A stretch of DNA of 64,000 nt from Penicillus capitatus. Taxonomy: Eukaryota > Plantae > Chlorophyta. Positions 1 through 11,749 of the stretch are shown piece after piece. Position 1 is the stretch's first letter. Each line of letters begins with the position of its first letter. Both the position numbers and the translations under genes were made by a program. The notes beneath the pieces were generated by a model. It was given only the letters and a program-made list of their open reading frames with translations, was not told the DNA's origin and did no database searches. Where the stretch lies: positions 496,001 to 560,000 of the forward strand of contig OZ287697.1 in NCBI GenBank assembly GCA_965649825.1, written 5' to 3'.

Positions 1-399
1 TCGGGGAATGGAGGTGTGCACACACGGATGCTTTCTTTCGACCTCTCTGATGCGTTTGTTATGATAGGTTCCTGGATATCGTTTCCAAGAACGCTGGCAA
101 GCTCGAAGCCCTGGAACATATCCGAAGGAAGTACAACTTCGAACATGGACAGACGGTGGCATGTGGAGACTCTGGAAACGACATTCTGATGCTCTCAGGT
201 CGTATAAGAGGACTAGTTGTACACCTAATCCTTCGTTTCTTTAGGGCAGAATCTGGCCATCGTCGTTGGCAACGCCCAGCCTGATTTGCTGGAGTGGGTA
301 AAAGCGGAAGAGCAAGATGCCGGCGAACGGCTGTATCTCACTAAGCAGCACGAAGCCTACGGAATTCTGGAAGGATTGAAGAGATTTGGATTCTATTGA
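1..399 (+). CDS. SPP: Sucrose-phosphate phosphatase (HAD-IIB) paralog, 3' part only (5' end lies outside the window)
   Basis: Spliced translation ...WRFLDIVSKNAGKLEALEHIRRKYNFEHGQTVACGDSGNDILMLSGQNLAIVVGNAQ...GILEGLKRFGFY*. Contains HAD motif GDSGND and two GT-AG introns. Near-copy of 28777-29177. Confidence 0.9.
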
Positions 400-428
400 G
401 AGAATTGAAGCAAAAGCGTTTGCGTGAT

Positions 429-912
429 TCAGAATGTCACTCCGAAGACAGTGCAGAGGCAGTACATGGTTTTGTTTTCCCAACGAACTGTCTGGCTACC
501 GTCTGTCGAATTATCCCAGTAGCAAGACATTCCAGTGTGCAGGCCTGCCCCTGTCAAACAATCTCGATCTATCTCGATGTTGGCGTTTGGCAAGGAATCA
601 CCCGTTTTCTGCATAATGGCGCAGTTGACGACATATTTGAACGCTTGCTGTGAATCGGCTAACTCTTTCACGATCTGATCGAGGCATTGTGCTGTCCATT
701 TCTTAGCCTGAATAGATAGAAAGATGCATCAGGCGAGAGAAATCCAGCGAGCGAGATACGTACGTGCTGGGGATCGTACTCCTTCGACGCGAGTACCCCG
801 TCGACAGCAGACGTGACCACCTCGCTGATGCGATCCGACATAAAAACGCCCTGAATGTCATATTCTGAAGCGCGATAGGCAAAACAATGAGAGATACGGT
901 CGTATCACCCAT
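429..912 (-). CDS. TCTEX1: Dynein light chain Tctex-1 type
   Basis: Spliced: MEYDIQGVFMSDRISEVVTSAVDGVLASKEYDPQH/AKKWTAQCLDQIVKELADSQQAFKYVVNCAIMQKT/GAGLHTGMSCYWDNSTDGSQTVRWENKTMYCLCTVFGVTF*, the classic Tctex1 signature. Confidence 0.92.
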
Positions 913-1197
913 TCTCGTTGTGTGACCAAATTGTTTATGCGTCCGACGTCTGGCAGTCAACGGGAAGCGTCAGTCACGACGCACTCAATGGTCGTTGACT
1001 CTTTGAGGGAGATCACTCATACTCATGAATGAAATCGAACGTCGTGAGAGGGCTCTGGGACAAGTGACACATACAAGTCCCCCGTCGCCATGCATCGCTC
1101 AGGATGCGAAGTCTCGTCGCGGCATCGCACACTGTTCGACAGGGTCAGGGGCCTCAGTTACGCATCCGATCGTCGGACATAACAAAAATTGCCAACG

Positions 1198-1964
1198 ATG
1201 TCGATGTGTGGCCACGCAACGTTTTCTCTTGGCCTGCGTCATTTCGCCTTTTCCAAGCGTCTGCCAGCGACGAAGGCGAAAGGGGTGACGAGAAGGAGTA
1301 TCCGAGATCGATGCCGTGGGGCTACACGAGAAGGGACAGTGCGACGAGCCGGACGACAGATCGAGAGATTCTCGACAGCGGCAGTGCACGAAGGCCGCCC
1401 TGGCAATGCAGCAGGAAAAGGAAGGCATGCAATCGTCGTGGCCAAGTTCAATTCTCTCGTCACGAAATCGCTCCTCGAAGGGGCACTCGCTGCCTTGAAT
1501 CAACACAGCTTCGATAAAGACGCCGTCGATGTCACTCTCACACAAACCTTCACCGCTTCTGGAAAGGTGTGACTGGTCTATTAGGTTTTTTGGGTGCCGG
1601 GCAGTTTTGAGACACCTCTTGTGGCGAAGACGTTGGGCAAGAGTGGGAAGTACTGTGCCATTATTTGTCTAGGCGCCATCGTAGCAGCCCCTTTCTCACA
1701 CTTGTGTGACCTGGCGTTGTGTAGATTCGTGGTGGGACCTCTCATTACGAAGCAGTCGTCAGTGCAGCTACCAGTGGTGTGCTTCAAGCCTCCATGGATT
1801 CTGGCATCCCTGTCATTTTCGGCGTCCTGACATGCGATACCATGGAACAAGCATTTGACCGAGCTGGTGGCAAAATGGGAAACAAAGGATACGAGGCTGC
1901 AATGACAGCTTTGGAAATGACAGATCTCTTATCGCACGTTCAGACAGGCACACTCGCCTCTTAA
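1198..1964 (+). CDS. ribH: 6,7-dimethyl-8-ribityllumazine synthase, with plastid transit peptide
   Basis: [72 protein letters not shown]. Introns of 54 and 44 nt restore the frame. Arg/Ser-rich N-terminus. Confidence 0.95.
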
Positions 1965-2209
1965 ACTCTTGATCATTGCCGACGCTTTTGCGACGACAAA
2001 TCACTCAGTACTGCTTTTCTCCGCTTCCACAGTACCGGAAGGAAGTACGCAACGATCAACGTGAGGAAAGGAGTGGAGAGAATGAACGCTACTCGTTTTC
2101 CTCTGCCTCTGCCTAAATGTTAAGAATGCCGATACCGAAGGTCGTCGATGTCATGATTATCATCTCCGTTGCTTTGGGCACTCTAACCGTCGCTCAGTTG
2201 AGAGAATAC

Positions 2210-4418
2210 TTAATTTGACAAACAGTCCATGACATGGGATTGGAGATCATGGGCAACCGTCGCCGAGAATTCCAAGTGTCCGTACTCAAACTCCCGGTAC
2301 GAAACCTTGACACCCTTGTTCAACATATGCGTGACATGCATCTGCACACATTCTGGCGGAATCACTCCATCATTTTTGCCCGCCACAATGTCCACAGGGA
2401 TATCTATTCTCCGGTACTCGGAGGCCAGATCAAGTGGCTTGTCACAACCATAATGCATGCTGTTCTCTTCCGGAGAGCCATAGTCATAGAGACGAAACTG
2501 CACAGAGCTCACGAGCTGAACAAAATGGAGACCTGTGTGCACTGCGATTCCAGGCATGGATGTCACATCATAATGCGGCAGCTGCATCACCGTTTCCCAT
2601 GGACTGACATCGCCATTCATCAGCCATCGAATCCCACGTTTTGTAAATTCCCGAATGGCTGGGTACTGCATGGCATCTTGGAGAACCTTAAAGAGAATGA
2701 GACGTGTCAATGCGCCAGGGATAATCAAAGCAGCTCCCTTCTGCCTCAGGACATGCTCCATAAACCACGCAGCTGGTGGAAGGATAAATCGGAGAGGAGA
2801 AAACAGAAGGGGATAGACTGGATGGAATCCAGCAGGCGACATGAGAATAATGCGCTGCACGTAATGACGCTTCCCGTAAGCAAGGGCCGTGACTAAGTAC
2901 ACCAGCAAAGCAGCCGCACCGAGGGAATGGCCGACGACGTAGAGCGAATACGGCAATGCATCTTGGCTGTCATCCTGTGGCGGATCGATAGAATCGCGCT
3001 CCAAGAAGCCTTCGCTTCTGGAAGTATGCATGGGTATCTCCGTTTCGGAGAGGTCCTCTTCTCGAAGCTCAAGACACTTCATCGCGTGAATGTACTCGAT
3101 CTGTGCCCTAATGTCTTTCATGCCCAGTTCGTTCAGTGTGTAACGCCAGTATCGATCGTGCGTTATGTTCGGATTGATGTGACGTCTGGGTGGATTGGAA
3201 CGTGTGTTGCCCAGCCAGACATCGTATCCTTGATCCCACGCAGCGAATGCCAACGAATCGGTCACGCCGCTGCAGACCCAACCGAGAGCAGTGTCCAGGA
3301 CTCCGTGCTGGAAGAAGACAGTTCGCTTGGCATTCGGATGTGGGAGACGGTGCAAAGAAAGAATGTACCCATCCTCTGTTGTCACATCATGCGATTCTTG
3401 GGGATACCCAGCCTCTGTGATGAAATGCTCAGCTGTGATCGGAGCTGAACTCGAAGGCGGAAGCGAAGCGGAGAACGCCGGCATAGACAGGGCACGTGTC
3501 ATCCCCACGCGCATCTTTCTGTGCGTCTCGACAGACGATGGGGACATCTACAGACACATGTCTGCTTTGCTGCACGCTATCTCCTTATCCGACACCTGTG
3601 GCGGTTCTGTATGCGTTTCTGGGGGTAAGGCAGCAGGAGGTGGTCGGTTTCGGACGAGTAGAAGGATTTTGGCGACTTTCCGGAGGGCGTGGAAGATACC
3701 GGTGATGGCCATTTCTGAAGCGAGATGCACCTCTTCGACCCAACCGCGCCGCCGTCCTCCAATCCACAGGTGCCAATCTGTCAAAGATGCGCTCCAATTG
3801 AGAACAGAGTGTTCAGGACGTCACCAAAGCGTCGTTCCAGATTCAGAGCTGGAAAAAGAATGGTCTTCAATGGACGTCTCTGCCGTGTCCAGGACATCCA
3901 CTGGGTCACTCGGTGTCTCAGTCGGTTCATCCAGGTGACCTTGCCCTTCGAATCGGACCCTCGCTCGCCATCTCCTATCGACAGGCGACACTCTCGGCGA
4001 CACGCTGCTGTGACGAACTTGTTTGTGAAGCGTGTTCAGTCTGGTGACCGATTTCGCGTTCGACGATGGAATTGAGTGTGCTTGGTCGCAGATTCTCCCA
4101 TGCGATTCGGTGGATGACGGGCGTCCGTGAGCCTCCATGTGTCCACAGCTTGCTAACTTTGTCGCCAAGAGAGACGAGCCATGCAAAGATGCCGTTGACG
4201 AAACGGATGAAGTGATGGAAGCTTTCGCGGACGAGGGATTTTGCGAATTCTTCCGAGACACCGAGTATCAGTTCCAGCCAGTACTCGACGCACGGTCGAT
4301 AGACATGGAAGTAGTACAGATGCAGTAGATAGACGACACCATGAAAGGCGCGAATGATGACGTCGCACAGAAGGCAGAGAAAAGCGAGGACCCAAACAGA
4401 ACACTCAAAGACGCGCAT
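2210..4418 (-). CDS. Alpha/beta-hydrolase lipase (abhydro_lipase, plant LIP-like) with N-terminal extension
   Basis: ORF 2210-3547 has YPQESHDVTTEDGYILSLHRL, FFQHGVLDTALGWV, the nucleophile elbow GHSLG and YGHLEF. An upstream exon (KSLVRESFHHFIRFVNGIFAWL) resembles the N-terminus of plant homologs. Confidence 0.85.
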
Positions 4419-4545
4419 CTGCAAAGCATCTTGATGACGAAGAGAACGACGTCCGCTTGAACGTCACGTCAGATATCATGGCGACAGCTGGAATCGACGC
4501 AATGGGTTGCCGAAGGACGACGCAACGATCATAGAAACAAACGCT

Positions 4546-4850
4546 GGCAGAAGAGATGGAGAACAGAGCTGACCGTGTATGAATCGTTCAGAAGTTAAAG
4601 GCGCTACAGAGAGCTCAGTCGTTTTTGTAGCAGGGATACTCATTGAGGACAGATCTTATGCAGAAAGAGTGATAGGGGGAAACGAACTTAATGCACCAGA
4701 TTCATATACATTATTCTTCCGTGATTTCGGGGATGACCTGTTCATTTCCAGCCGTTCATTCAAGCGTTAGAAAAGAGCGTTCTTATTATCTGGCCGACGA
4801 AAGAGACGTTCAAGTGTAAAGGGAAATCAGTCTCATGTCGATTTTGAAAG
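4546..4850. repeat. About 300-bp diverged direct repeat, copy 1 (copy 2 at about 5805-6105), part of the Kazal tandem duplication
   Basis: Both copies start GCAGAAGAGATGGAGAACAGAGCTGACCGTGTATGAATCG and align to about CTCATGTC. Each lies downstream of one Kazal gene. Confidence 0.9.
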
Positions 4851-5026
4851 TTTGCGTCTTGGTACGAATACCTAGTCCGCCTTTATGAGAATCTGAAACA
4901 GGTCAGTCGACCTGGCTAATGTGCGCTTCGTCGGCACCAGATGAACAATATTGAACACTAAACATCATTCGGCTTTATATGATTCGAGCCACATTCGCAA
5001 GGGAGCGGTACTGTAATCGTGCAATT

Positions 5027-5571
5027 TCATGCACAGGGACATTCGCCTTCGCATTCAACTCCCACACCAGCGCAACGGGCAAAACAGTCGTTTGAGTATG
5101 TCTCTCCATCCACTCCACAAACCGGATCGAAGAGTGTTATGCAAAAGCAGTCGTCAATCGGGCACGGACATTCGCCTTCGCAGGCAACTCCCACACCAGC
5201 GCAACGGGCAAAACAGTCGTTTGAGTATGTCTCTCCATCCACTCCACAAACCGGATCGAAGAGTGTTATGCATACGCAGTCGTCAATCGGCGAGGGCGGG
5301 GGAGGGCATGGACATTGGCCTTTGCAGGCAACTTCCACACCAGCGCAAGCCGCGCATCCGTCGTTTGAGTATGTCTCTCCATCCACTCCACAAACCGGAT
5401 CGAAGAGTGTTATGCAGACGCAGGGTTCTACATAGGTATCAAAAGCACACAGAGAATAACGCCGACTGAATGAAGCAAGCGAAAGGCGTTCTTACCCGAA
5501 TTCTGTCCGTTCGTGGGGACTAGGTAGAGCAGCGCCAGAAAGGAGAGAAACGCAAATCGCATCGTCTTCAT
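5027..5571 (-). CDS. Secreted Kazal-type protease inhibitor, 3 domains (gene 1)
   Basis: Signal peptide MKTMRFAFLSFLALLYLVPTNG, one intron, then three repeats of C-x-CITLFDPVCGVDGETYSND-x(n)-CAGV-x-V-x-C-x-G-x-CPC. Confidence 0.9.
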
Positions 5572-5804
5572 CGTCGAAGAACGCAATCGTCGAACAATCG
5601 CAAGGAATCCGTCGAAGATACTTGGCTCTTGTGTTCCAAACGGACGAAATAAGGCCCTTTTAAAGATGGACACGACGCGGTTTGCTATCGCGTCGATGTC
5701 TGTCCGCTGTTCCGAGAGTAGCTGCCGAGTAGCGCTCAGAAGCTGACTCCGTTTGCCACCTGTCCACAACGTAGAAGTTGTACGGTACAGGTAAGTACAC
5801 CGGC

Positions 5805-6105
5805 AGAAGAGATGGAGAACAGAGCTGACCGTGTATGAATCGATCAGAAGTTAAAGGTGCTACAGAGAGCTCAGTCGTTTCTGCAGCAAGGATACTCATT
5901 GAAGACAGACCTTATGCAGAAATGTTCGCAGGCAAAAAAGGACTTAAAACACTGAGGTTACACACATTTTCTTTTGTGATTTCGAGGGATAACCTATTAT
6001 TCATCGCCAGCCATCCATTCAAGCGTTAGCAAGATTAAGAAGCGTTATTGTGATCTGGCCAACGAAAGAGCCGTCCAAATGTAAACGAAAATCTGCCTCA
6101 TGTCA
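5805..6105. repeat. About 300-bp diverged direct repeat, copy 2 of 4546-4850
   Basis: Direct alignment by eye to 4546-4850. Confidence 0.9.
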
Positions 6106-6179
6106 ACGGCAGTTCATGGAAGATTTCAGATAGGCTCAATCAATCATGATAGACGATAGGCAAAACACAAGAAGCGTAA

Positions 6180-7259
6180 CTAGCGACACTTGGGGCATTC
6201 ACGCATGCATTCTTTCTTCATCGTCGATATTATCAGATCAGCGCCGCCATCGTCATCGTTATTGGAAGCTTTGACGCAATCCGTACAACACTTCAATCCC
6301 GGGCAACAGTCATCCGTACTCGGACGACTTTTTGGTGAAGAAGAGACTACACATGTCTCGCCCTACAACAGATACAGATGGAGATGCACATCATGACAAG
6401 CGTGCCTACTTCTTTCTTGCAAGTTGGTGGACGAATGCTTGGGATTGGTAGAGGGAGGCTTGGTGAAGGTGAGAGACCTACACATCATTGGATGAGCTGT
6501 GTACCCCTGAGAAGAAGATTGTGGTACTGCAGTCGACGATTTCACAGCCGAAAACATAGACGGCAGAACAGCCGCATTGTCCTGCTGCAATGCACTGAGC
6601 GTTCGGAAATGCAGGACAGGAAGGAATGGAGCATGGAGCTAAACAGGATATAACTGCACAGCGAAGCACAGGTTCACCTGAAATGCCAGAGAAGCAATCA
6701 TGACATCCACTTTGAGAAGTTTGGATGCTGGGCGTACATGGACATGAGCTATCGCAAGCGACCTGGACGCCAGCCTGTTTTGCCCGGCAAGCATTCAGGT
6801 AAGTAACGCCGTCGGAACCACAGACTGGTTTTGGATCGCAGGCACATTGGCAGGGACATGGGCCTGTACACGCGACAGAAACTCCGGAGCAACGGGCAAA
6901 ACAGTCGTTTGAGTATGTCTCTCCATCCACTCCACAAACCGGGGCGAAGAGTGCTGGGCAAACGCAGTTAATCGGCAGAGGTGGGGGAGGGCATGGACAT
7001 TGGCCTTTGCAGGCAACTTCCACACCAGCGCAAGCCGCGCATCCGTCGTTTGAGTATGTCTCTCCATCCACTCCACAAACCGGATCGAAGAGTGTTATGC
7101 AGGCGCAGGGTTCTATATAGGTATCAAAAGCACACAGAGAATAACGCCGACTGAACGAAGCAAGCGAAAGGCGTTCTTACGCGAATTCTGTCCGTTCGTG
7201 GGGACTAGACAGAGCAGCGCCAGAAAGGAGAGAAACGTAAATCGCATCGTCTTCATCAT
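6180..7259 (-). CDS. Secreted multi-domain Cys-rich protein: 3 Kazal domains, a Cys-rich domain, a Pro linker and a knottin-like tail (gene 2)
   Basis: Same signal exon and first Kazal domain as gene 1. Introns of 50 and 47 nt join in frame to ...DCSLSPSPSLPLPIPSIRPPTCKKEGETCVVSSSPKSRPSTDDCCPGLKCCTDC...KECMRECPKCR* (TAG at 6180-6182). Confidence 0.82.
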
Positions 7260-8168
7260 CGAAGAACGCAAACGTCGAACAATCGCAAGGGATCTGTTGA
7301 AGATACTTGCTGTTGTGTTCCAAACGGATGAACAAGGCCTTTTTAAAGATAGTAACGACGCGGTTTGCTCTCGCGTCGATGTCTGTCCGCCGTACGAGTA
7401 GCTGCCAAGTGGTATTCAGAAGCTGACTCCGTTGCCACCTGTCCACGATGCAGAAGTCGTACGGCATAGGTAAGTATAGAGATGGACAATCTCGAAGGTA
7501 AGACGCGGGTTGTTTGATGAGCCTGCCAAACATTTGAGAAATGTGAACATCCTCGTCCTGCCTAGCTACTGAAGAGTAGCACAACGCAAAGGAGCGCCTT
7601 CAACGCGATCTTTTAGCTCTGCTGAACTTTAATCTTTATTTCATGATGCTCTCGCATGAGCTCTGCGTCGAACATGAACGTACGAACACCTTCTTTTTGA
7701 GAAGAGTTTTTAATGCCTCGTGGCATGGGCCGGCAAATTGACCGGGTCTCGGCTGACTCGAACTTGCTGACATGCCCACGATCCATGCGTTAATCTTCCT
7801 CGTGCTGCTATGATGCGTTCGTCTCCCTCTCTGTCATTTCCAGGCTATTGTTACATGACGGACTAGACTTTCAGGGTTATTTCGCACAAGCGCAAAATTG
7901 GCGGTGTCTGCATGCACCATCTGCGTTGAAGCGACATTTGTTCCAGCTGGCAGTCATCAATCGGAACCTATACGAAGTTCGCCTGAGTCTGCGAAGCCGT
8001 TGAAATACGTGTCTAGGTGACAGCTGTCACCATTTGACATCTTCAGCGTAAACTCTGTTCGCCTAACCCATCCGAACACGGTACCTGACTACGGTGCATC
8101 GCCGCCATCTGCTAACTTCTCCTATTTGCCTCACGGCAGTCAGTTATCGGAATCGCAAAGCCTTGACC

Positions 8169-10081
8169 ATGTTGCCCACGGTTTTGATAGCGTTTCTTCT
8201 TAGCATCGCGTCCGTTACGGTCGTGCATGGTAATGCCTTGTCAACACCCAGCAGTGGTTACCATTGTCCGCACAGGCCAAAGAGGAGGACTTGCTCTCTC
8301 CAGCGTTGCCGAGTTTTCTAGCATCCCGATCCGAGAACAGTCTCTCTCGGTTGTTGTGTCGGTTGTTGCGCCCGCATCTGTGGCTTCCGCTAGCCGTGCG
8401 CCTGTCTCTGTCTCAGCCGTTTTGGACCGTTCCGGGTCCATGCGAGGTAATCAAAGACTCACGCTATTGCCGTCCGGAAGTACAGAGCAATGCACAGGAG
8501 AGAAGATTCGCCTTCTCAAGTTGTCCACGGAGTTCTTGGTCGACCGCTTGACTTCCAACGATTTCCTCGGCGTCGTCAGCTACAGCTCAGACGTAACTGC
8601 CACTGCTTCCGGACCTTCGTCGCTCAGTAGAAGCGTAGGTCACTGAGGAGTTTGGTTTGACGGCTACAACGCAATCAGCTAAGGGAGGCTTGCGCGAAGC
8701 GATTGATTCTATTGTTGCCTCCGGAAGCACTAATCTTGCCGGCGGTCTTTTTGAAGGTACCCGCCTATCATAGTGTCTATATCCTTAGGCGATTGTGCTG
8801 TTCAGGTATTGACCAGCAGACGCGGGCAGACATCCCAGGAGCTGTGGTCCAGTCGATCATTCTCTTCACAGATGGTCTGGCAAACACAGGTGCATCGCCA
8901 GTTTCGTATTTTCCATCTGATTCTGCCGTAAACAAGGCGTAACGGATATTGGAACGATCACATCCAGAATTGCGAATCAGCTGAACGGTGAGTCTACTTT
9001 CTGAGTGAATGGGATAACGAATGATGAGATCTTAGGGCCACGCCCACCGACGGTCTATGCTCTGGGCTTCGGAGGAGATCATGACGCCCAATTTCTGCAG
9101 GTTAGATGGACGTCGATGACGACGCTCAGTTTCGTCATTCCAATGAGAAATTTAGGCCATTGCTGAAGCGGGACGCGGATCCTATGTCTTTGTGCAAAAC
9201 GAAAACTCCATTGCAACGGCGATTGGTTCGATTCTCGGTGGATTGCTCTCGGTCACAGCTCAAGATATTGTCGTGAGATTCACGCCCTTGAATGGCGCCA
9301 GGATTGTTGCCATCCGCGGAGGCAATGTCGATGCTGCACTCACCAGGTTGGCCTTACCCAACAAGATTGCTGACTGAGATCTGCTTTCCACTGTGCAGCA
9401 CAAGGTTTCCGGATCTCTTTGCCGAAGAGCGTCGTGATGTTTTGGTGGACATGCGCATTCCTGTCTTGGACGACGCCCTCGACAGACAAGAAGTCCTGAG
9501 GGTGCGACTGACATACTTTAACACCGTCACAGGTTCCTCTCTCTATGGAATCCCGATATTGATCTCATCCGTGTGGACTGCACTAGAGCAAAGGGAGGAG
9601 CGGGAGACAACGGTGGTTGTTGACCGCAGTCTGGATGTCGTCGCGGCCACTGCCGCTCCACTTGTCGCCACTACGCGTCTGAGATTCCAAGTTGCAGATG
9701 TAGGACTGTCTCGTTAGGCAGCAGCGGATTGGCTAATTGCACGTTGTTTAGGATCTCACAACTGCAGCGCAACAGAGAAGTGCAGGCGACACAGCAGGGG
9801 CTTCGGCGACGTTGGATGGTACGTTGCAGAAAATCTCGGATTCCAGTGTTGCGGGGACACCTGAAGCGGAAGCGCTGGCTGCTGATGTCCGAAGCACACA
9901 ATCGGAAGTCGAAAGCGCGAGCTTCGATACGGCGGCAGCCAATCGCGTCCAAGCTGGTGCTGCCTCTGTGTCAGCCCAGCGTGCCGCTGCGCCGACAGGG
10001 TTAGCTTCGGCACCCGTCACGACAGCCCAGAGTGCTTCGGCTGGGGCGGCGTTGAGTTTTGTCTCCGGCGGCGGAAACTGA
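8169..10081 (+). CDS. Secreted von Willebrand factor A (VWA) domain protein
   Basis: Signal peptide MLPTVLIAFLLSIASVTVVHG, MIDAS motif VLDRSGSM, SGSTNLAGGL, IILFTDGLANTG, and an Ala/Ser-rich C-terminus. About 8 short introns. Confidence 0.85.
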
Positions 10082-11050
10082 AGAATCGACATTCTTATGT
10101 TTCTACCTTCACCTGCAGTCGGTTTCTTTCTTTTGTCTGGTTTTGGACGCTGCATTAAGTTGCTTGACGTCCACTAACGCATCTTTCTCTGTAATTTCAC
10201 ACTTTTCGCTGAGACGGAAGCCATTCGACGTCATCGTATCGACAAAACAAAAATGATATGCCGGGGAAGGGAAATCTTGGCCCTTCTCCTCGTCGAATAC
10301 TAACCGACCGATTTGCAGCTTGCTCACATGAAGGAGAAAACACGAAACACCTTCTTTGTGGGCAGAATGTCATTGACTCCTTCTGCTGAATAGCCACAAT
10401 TACCTAGATCCTTCCTTGCAACGACTAAAACGACACATCTAGCGATATCTAACGCAGCTGAATACTTAACATCATAAGATTTCATTGTGCATGCCCGTCT
10501 TGCTAACTTTCTGAAAAACCCCCATTCGTTTCTTAAATCACTGAAACCGTTCGTTCTCGGCGGCGGCAGTCACGATCTTTGGCTTTCTCGGAAGCGCATT
10601 ATGTCTCTTGTCAAGAAGAATTAGCGTGAGTGTCTGTGGACATTCAAATACGTCTTAACACCATCTCGTCATCATCGGCATCAGCCTCGTTGTTCATCTC
10701 CTCTTATGCAGCCGACCTTCGAATGCTGGCAAACGTATGTGGGAATTACCACAGACGCTGGGTGTCATATCATGACGTGTCTTGAGATCTTAGTGGAATT
10801 CAAGACACACGGAGCGGTCCATGCCATCTTCGCATCGCTCATCCGGCGATGCATGTTGCTCTTCCATTCCGTCGATCTCGTTTTCGTTCGTCGTGATCAA
10901 AACGCGCGATTTGCCGAAAATGCGTTTAGATTCCGATGCTGAATGCTACATCACGTCGACGAACGAACATCGATCGAAATTTGTCCGTTTTGACATTCAA
11001 GCATCTTTGCGTTAGTGCGTTTTTGCGAGCTGAGTTTTTCTGCAAATTCC

Positions 11051-11110
11051 TGCGACCTTGCGAACTGCGACCTTGCGAACTGCGACCTTGCGAACTGCGA
11101 CCTTGCGAGC
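11051..11110. repeat. 15-bp tandem repeat, 4 copies (TGCGACCTTGCGAAC)
   Basis: Three perfect units and a fourth with one mismatch. Confidence 0.97.
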
Positions 11111-11749
11111 TCTTCTATTCGCAATGGATCACGAATCCAGCGGTAAATGCAAACGTTCACCTCAGAAGTCTTCCAATCCTCCGGTCAACCGACCTTGTTG
11201 CAATCCCATCGAGACACCGCCGCATCGACAACTTGTCGGGAATCGTGTAAACACTTCGCGAAACTGAGGGTCAATGTACACGCGAACGACGACGATAACG
11301 AACGCTCAAACATATGTTAGCGTTGCTCAAATTTTCGCGCTTGTGCGTTTTAAGACAAATTTGGCGACACGAAAAACCCTTCCAAAAGTCTAGAAGATTC
11401 GACGTTCAACAACAACAGTCGACTTGGATGTCCCAATTCATTGACTTCAATTTAACCATGCATTCGAAGGTTTTGGACGCTTCCGGCCTCATCGATCCCA
11501 TCAGTCCCATCTTACGCCGCTCACAACATAGCACTGGGAAAACGAGATTAATTACAGGACGTTGTCGACGTTAAATACTCGCGATGGTCGGGGATTACCT
11601 AACCTTGAGTGCTAACGGCTGTAAACTTCAGGCCGCAATCTGTATCCATCACCCGATGGTTATTTAAGAGTCGGGTGTTGAGTCGGACACCCGTCGCGAC
11701 CGATGCTCAGCGCGCCAGGGTGGTTCTGTGCTGACCTAACCGTTTCAAT

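Noticed and set aside
5019-5469. Plus-strand repetitive ORFs (for example 5019-5435 and 5029-5469) and many other overlapping ORFs in the track
   Set aside because: They are antisense or alternative-frame shadows of real genes, here the Kazal repeats.
10100-10950. Short ORFs in the gap after the VWA gene
   Set aside because: No motif, and no convincing spliced model.
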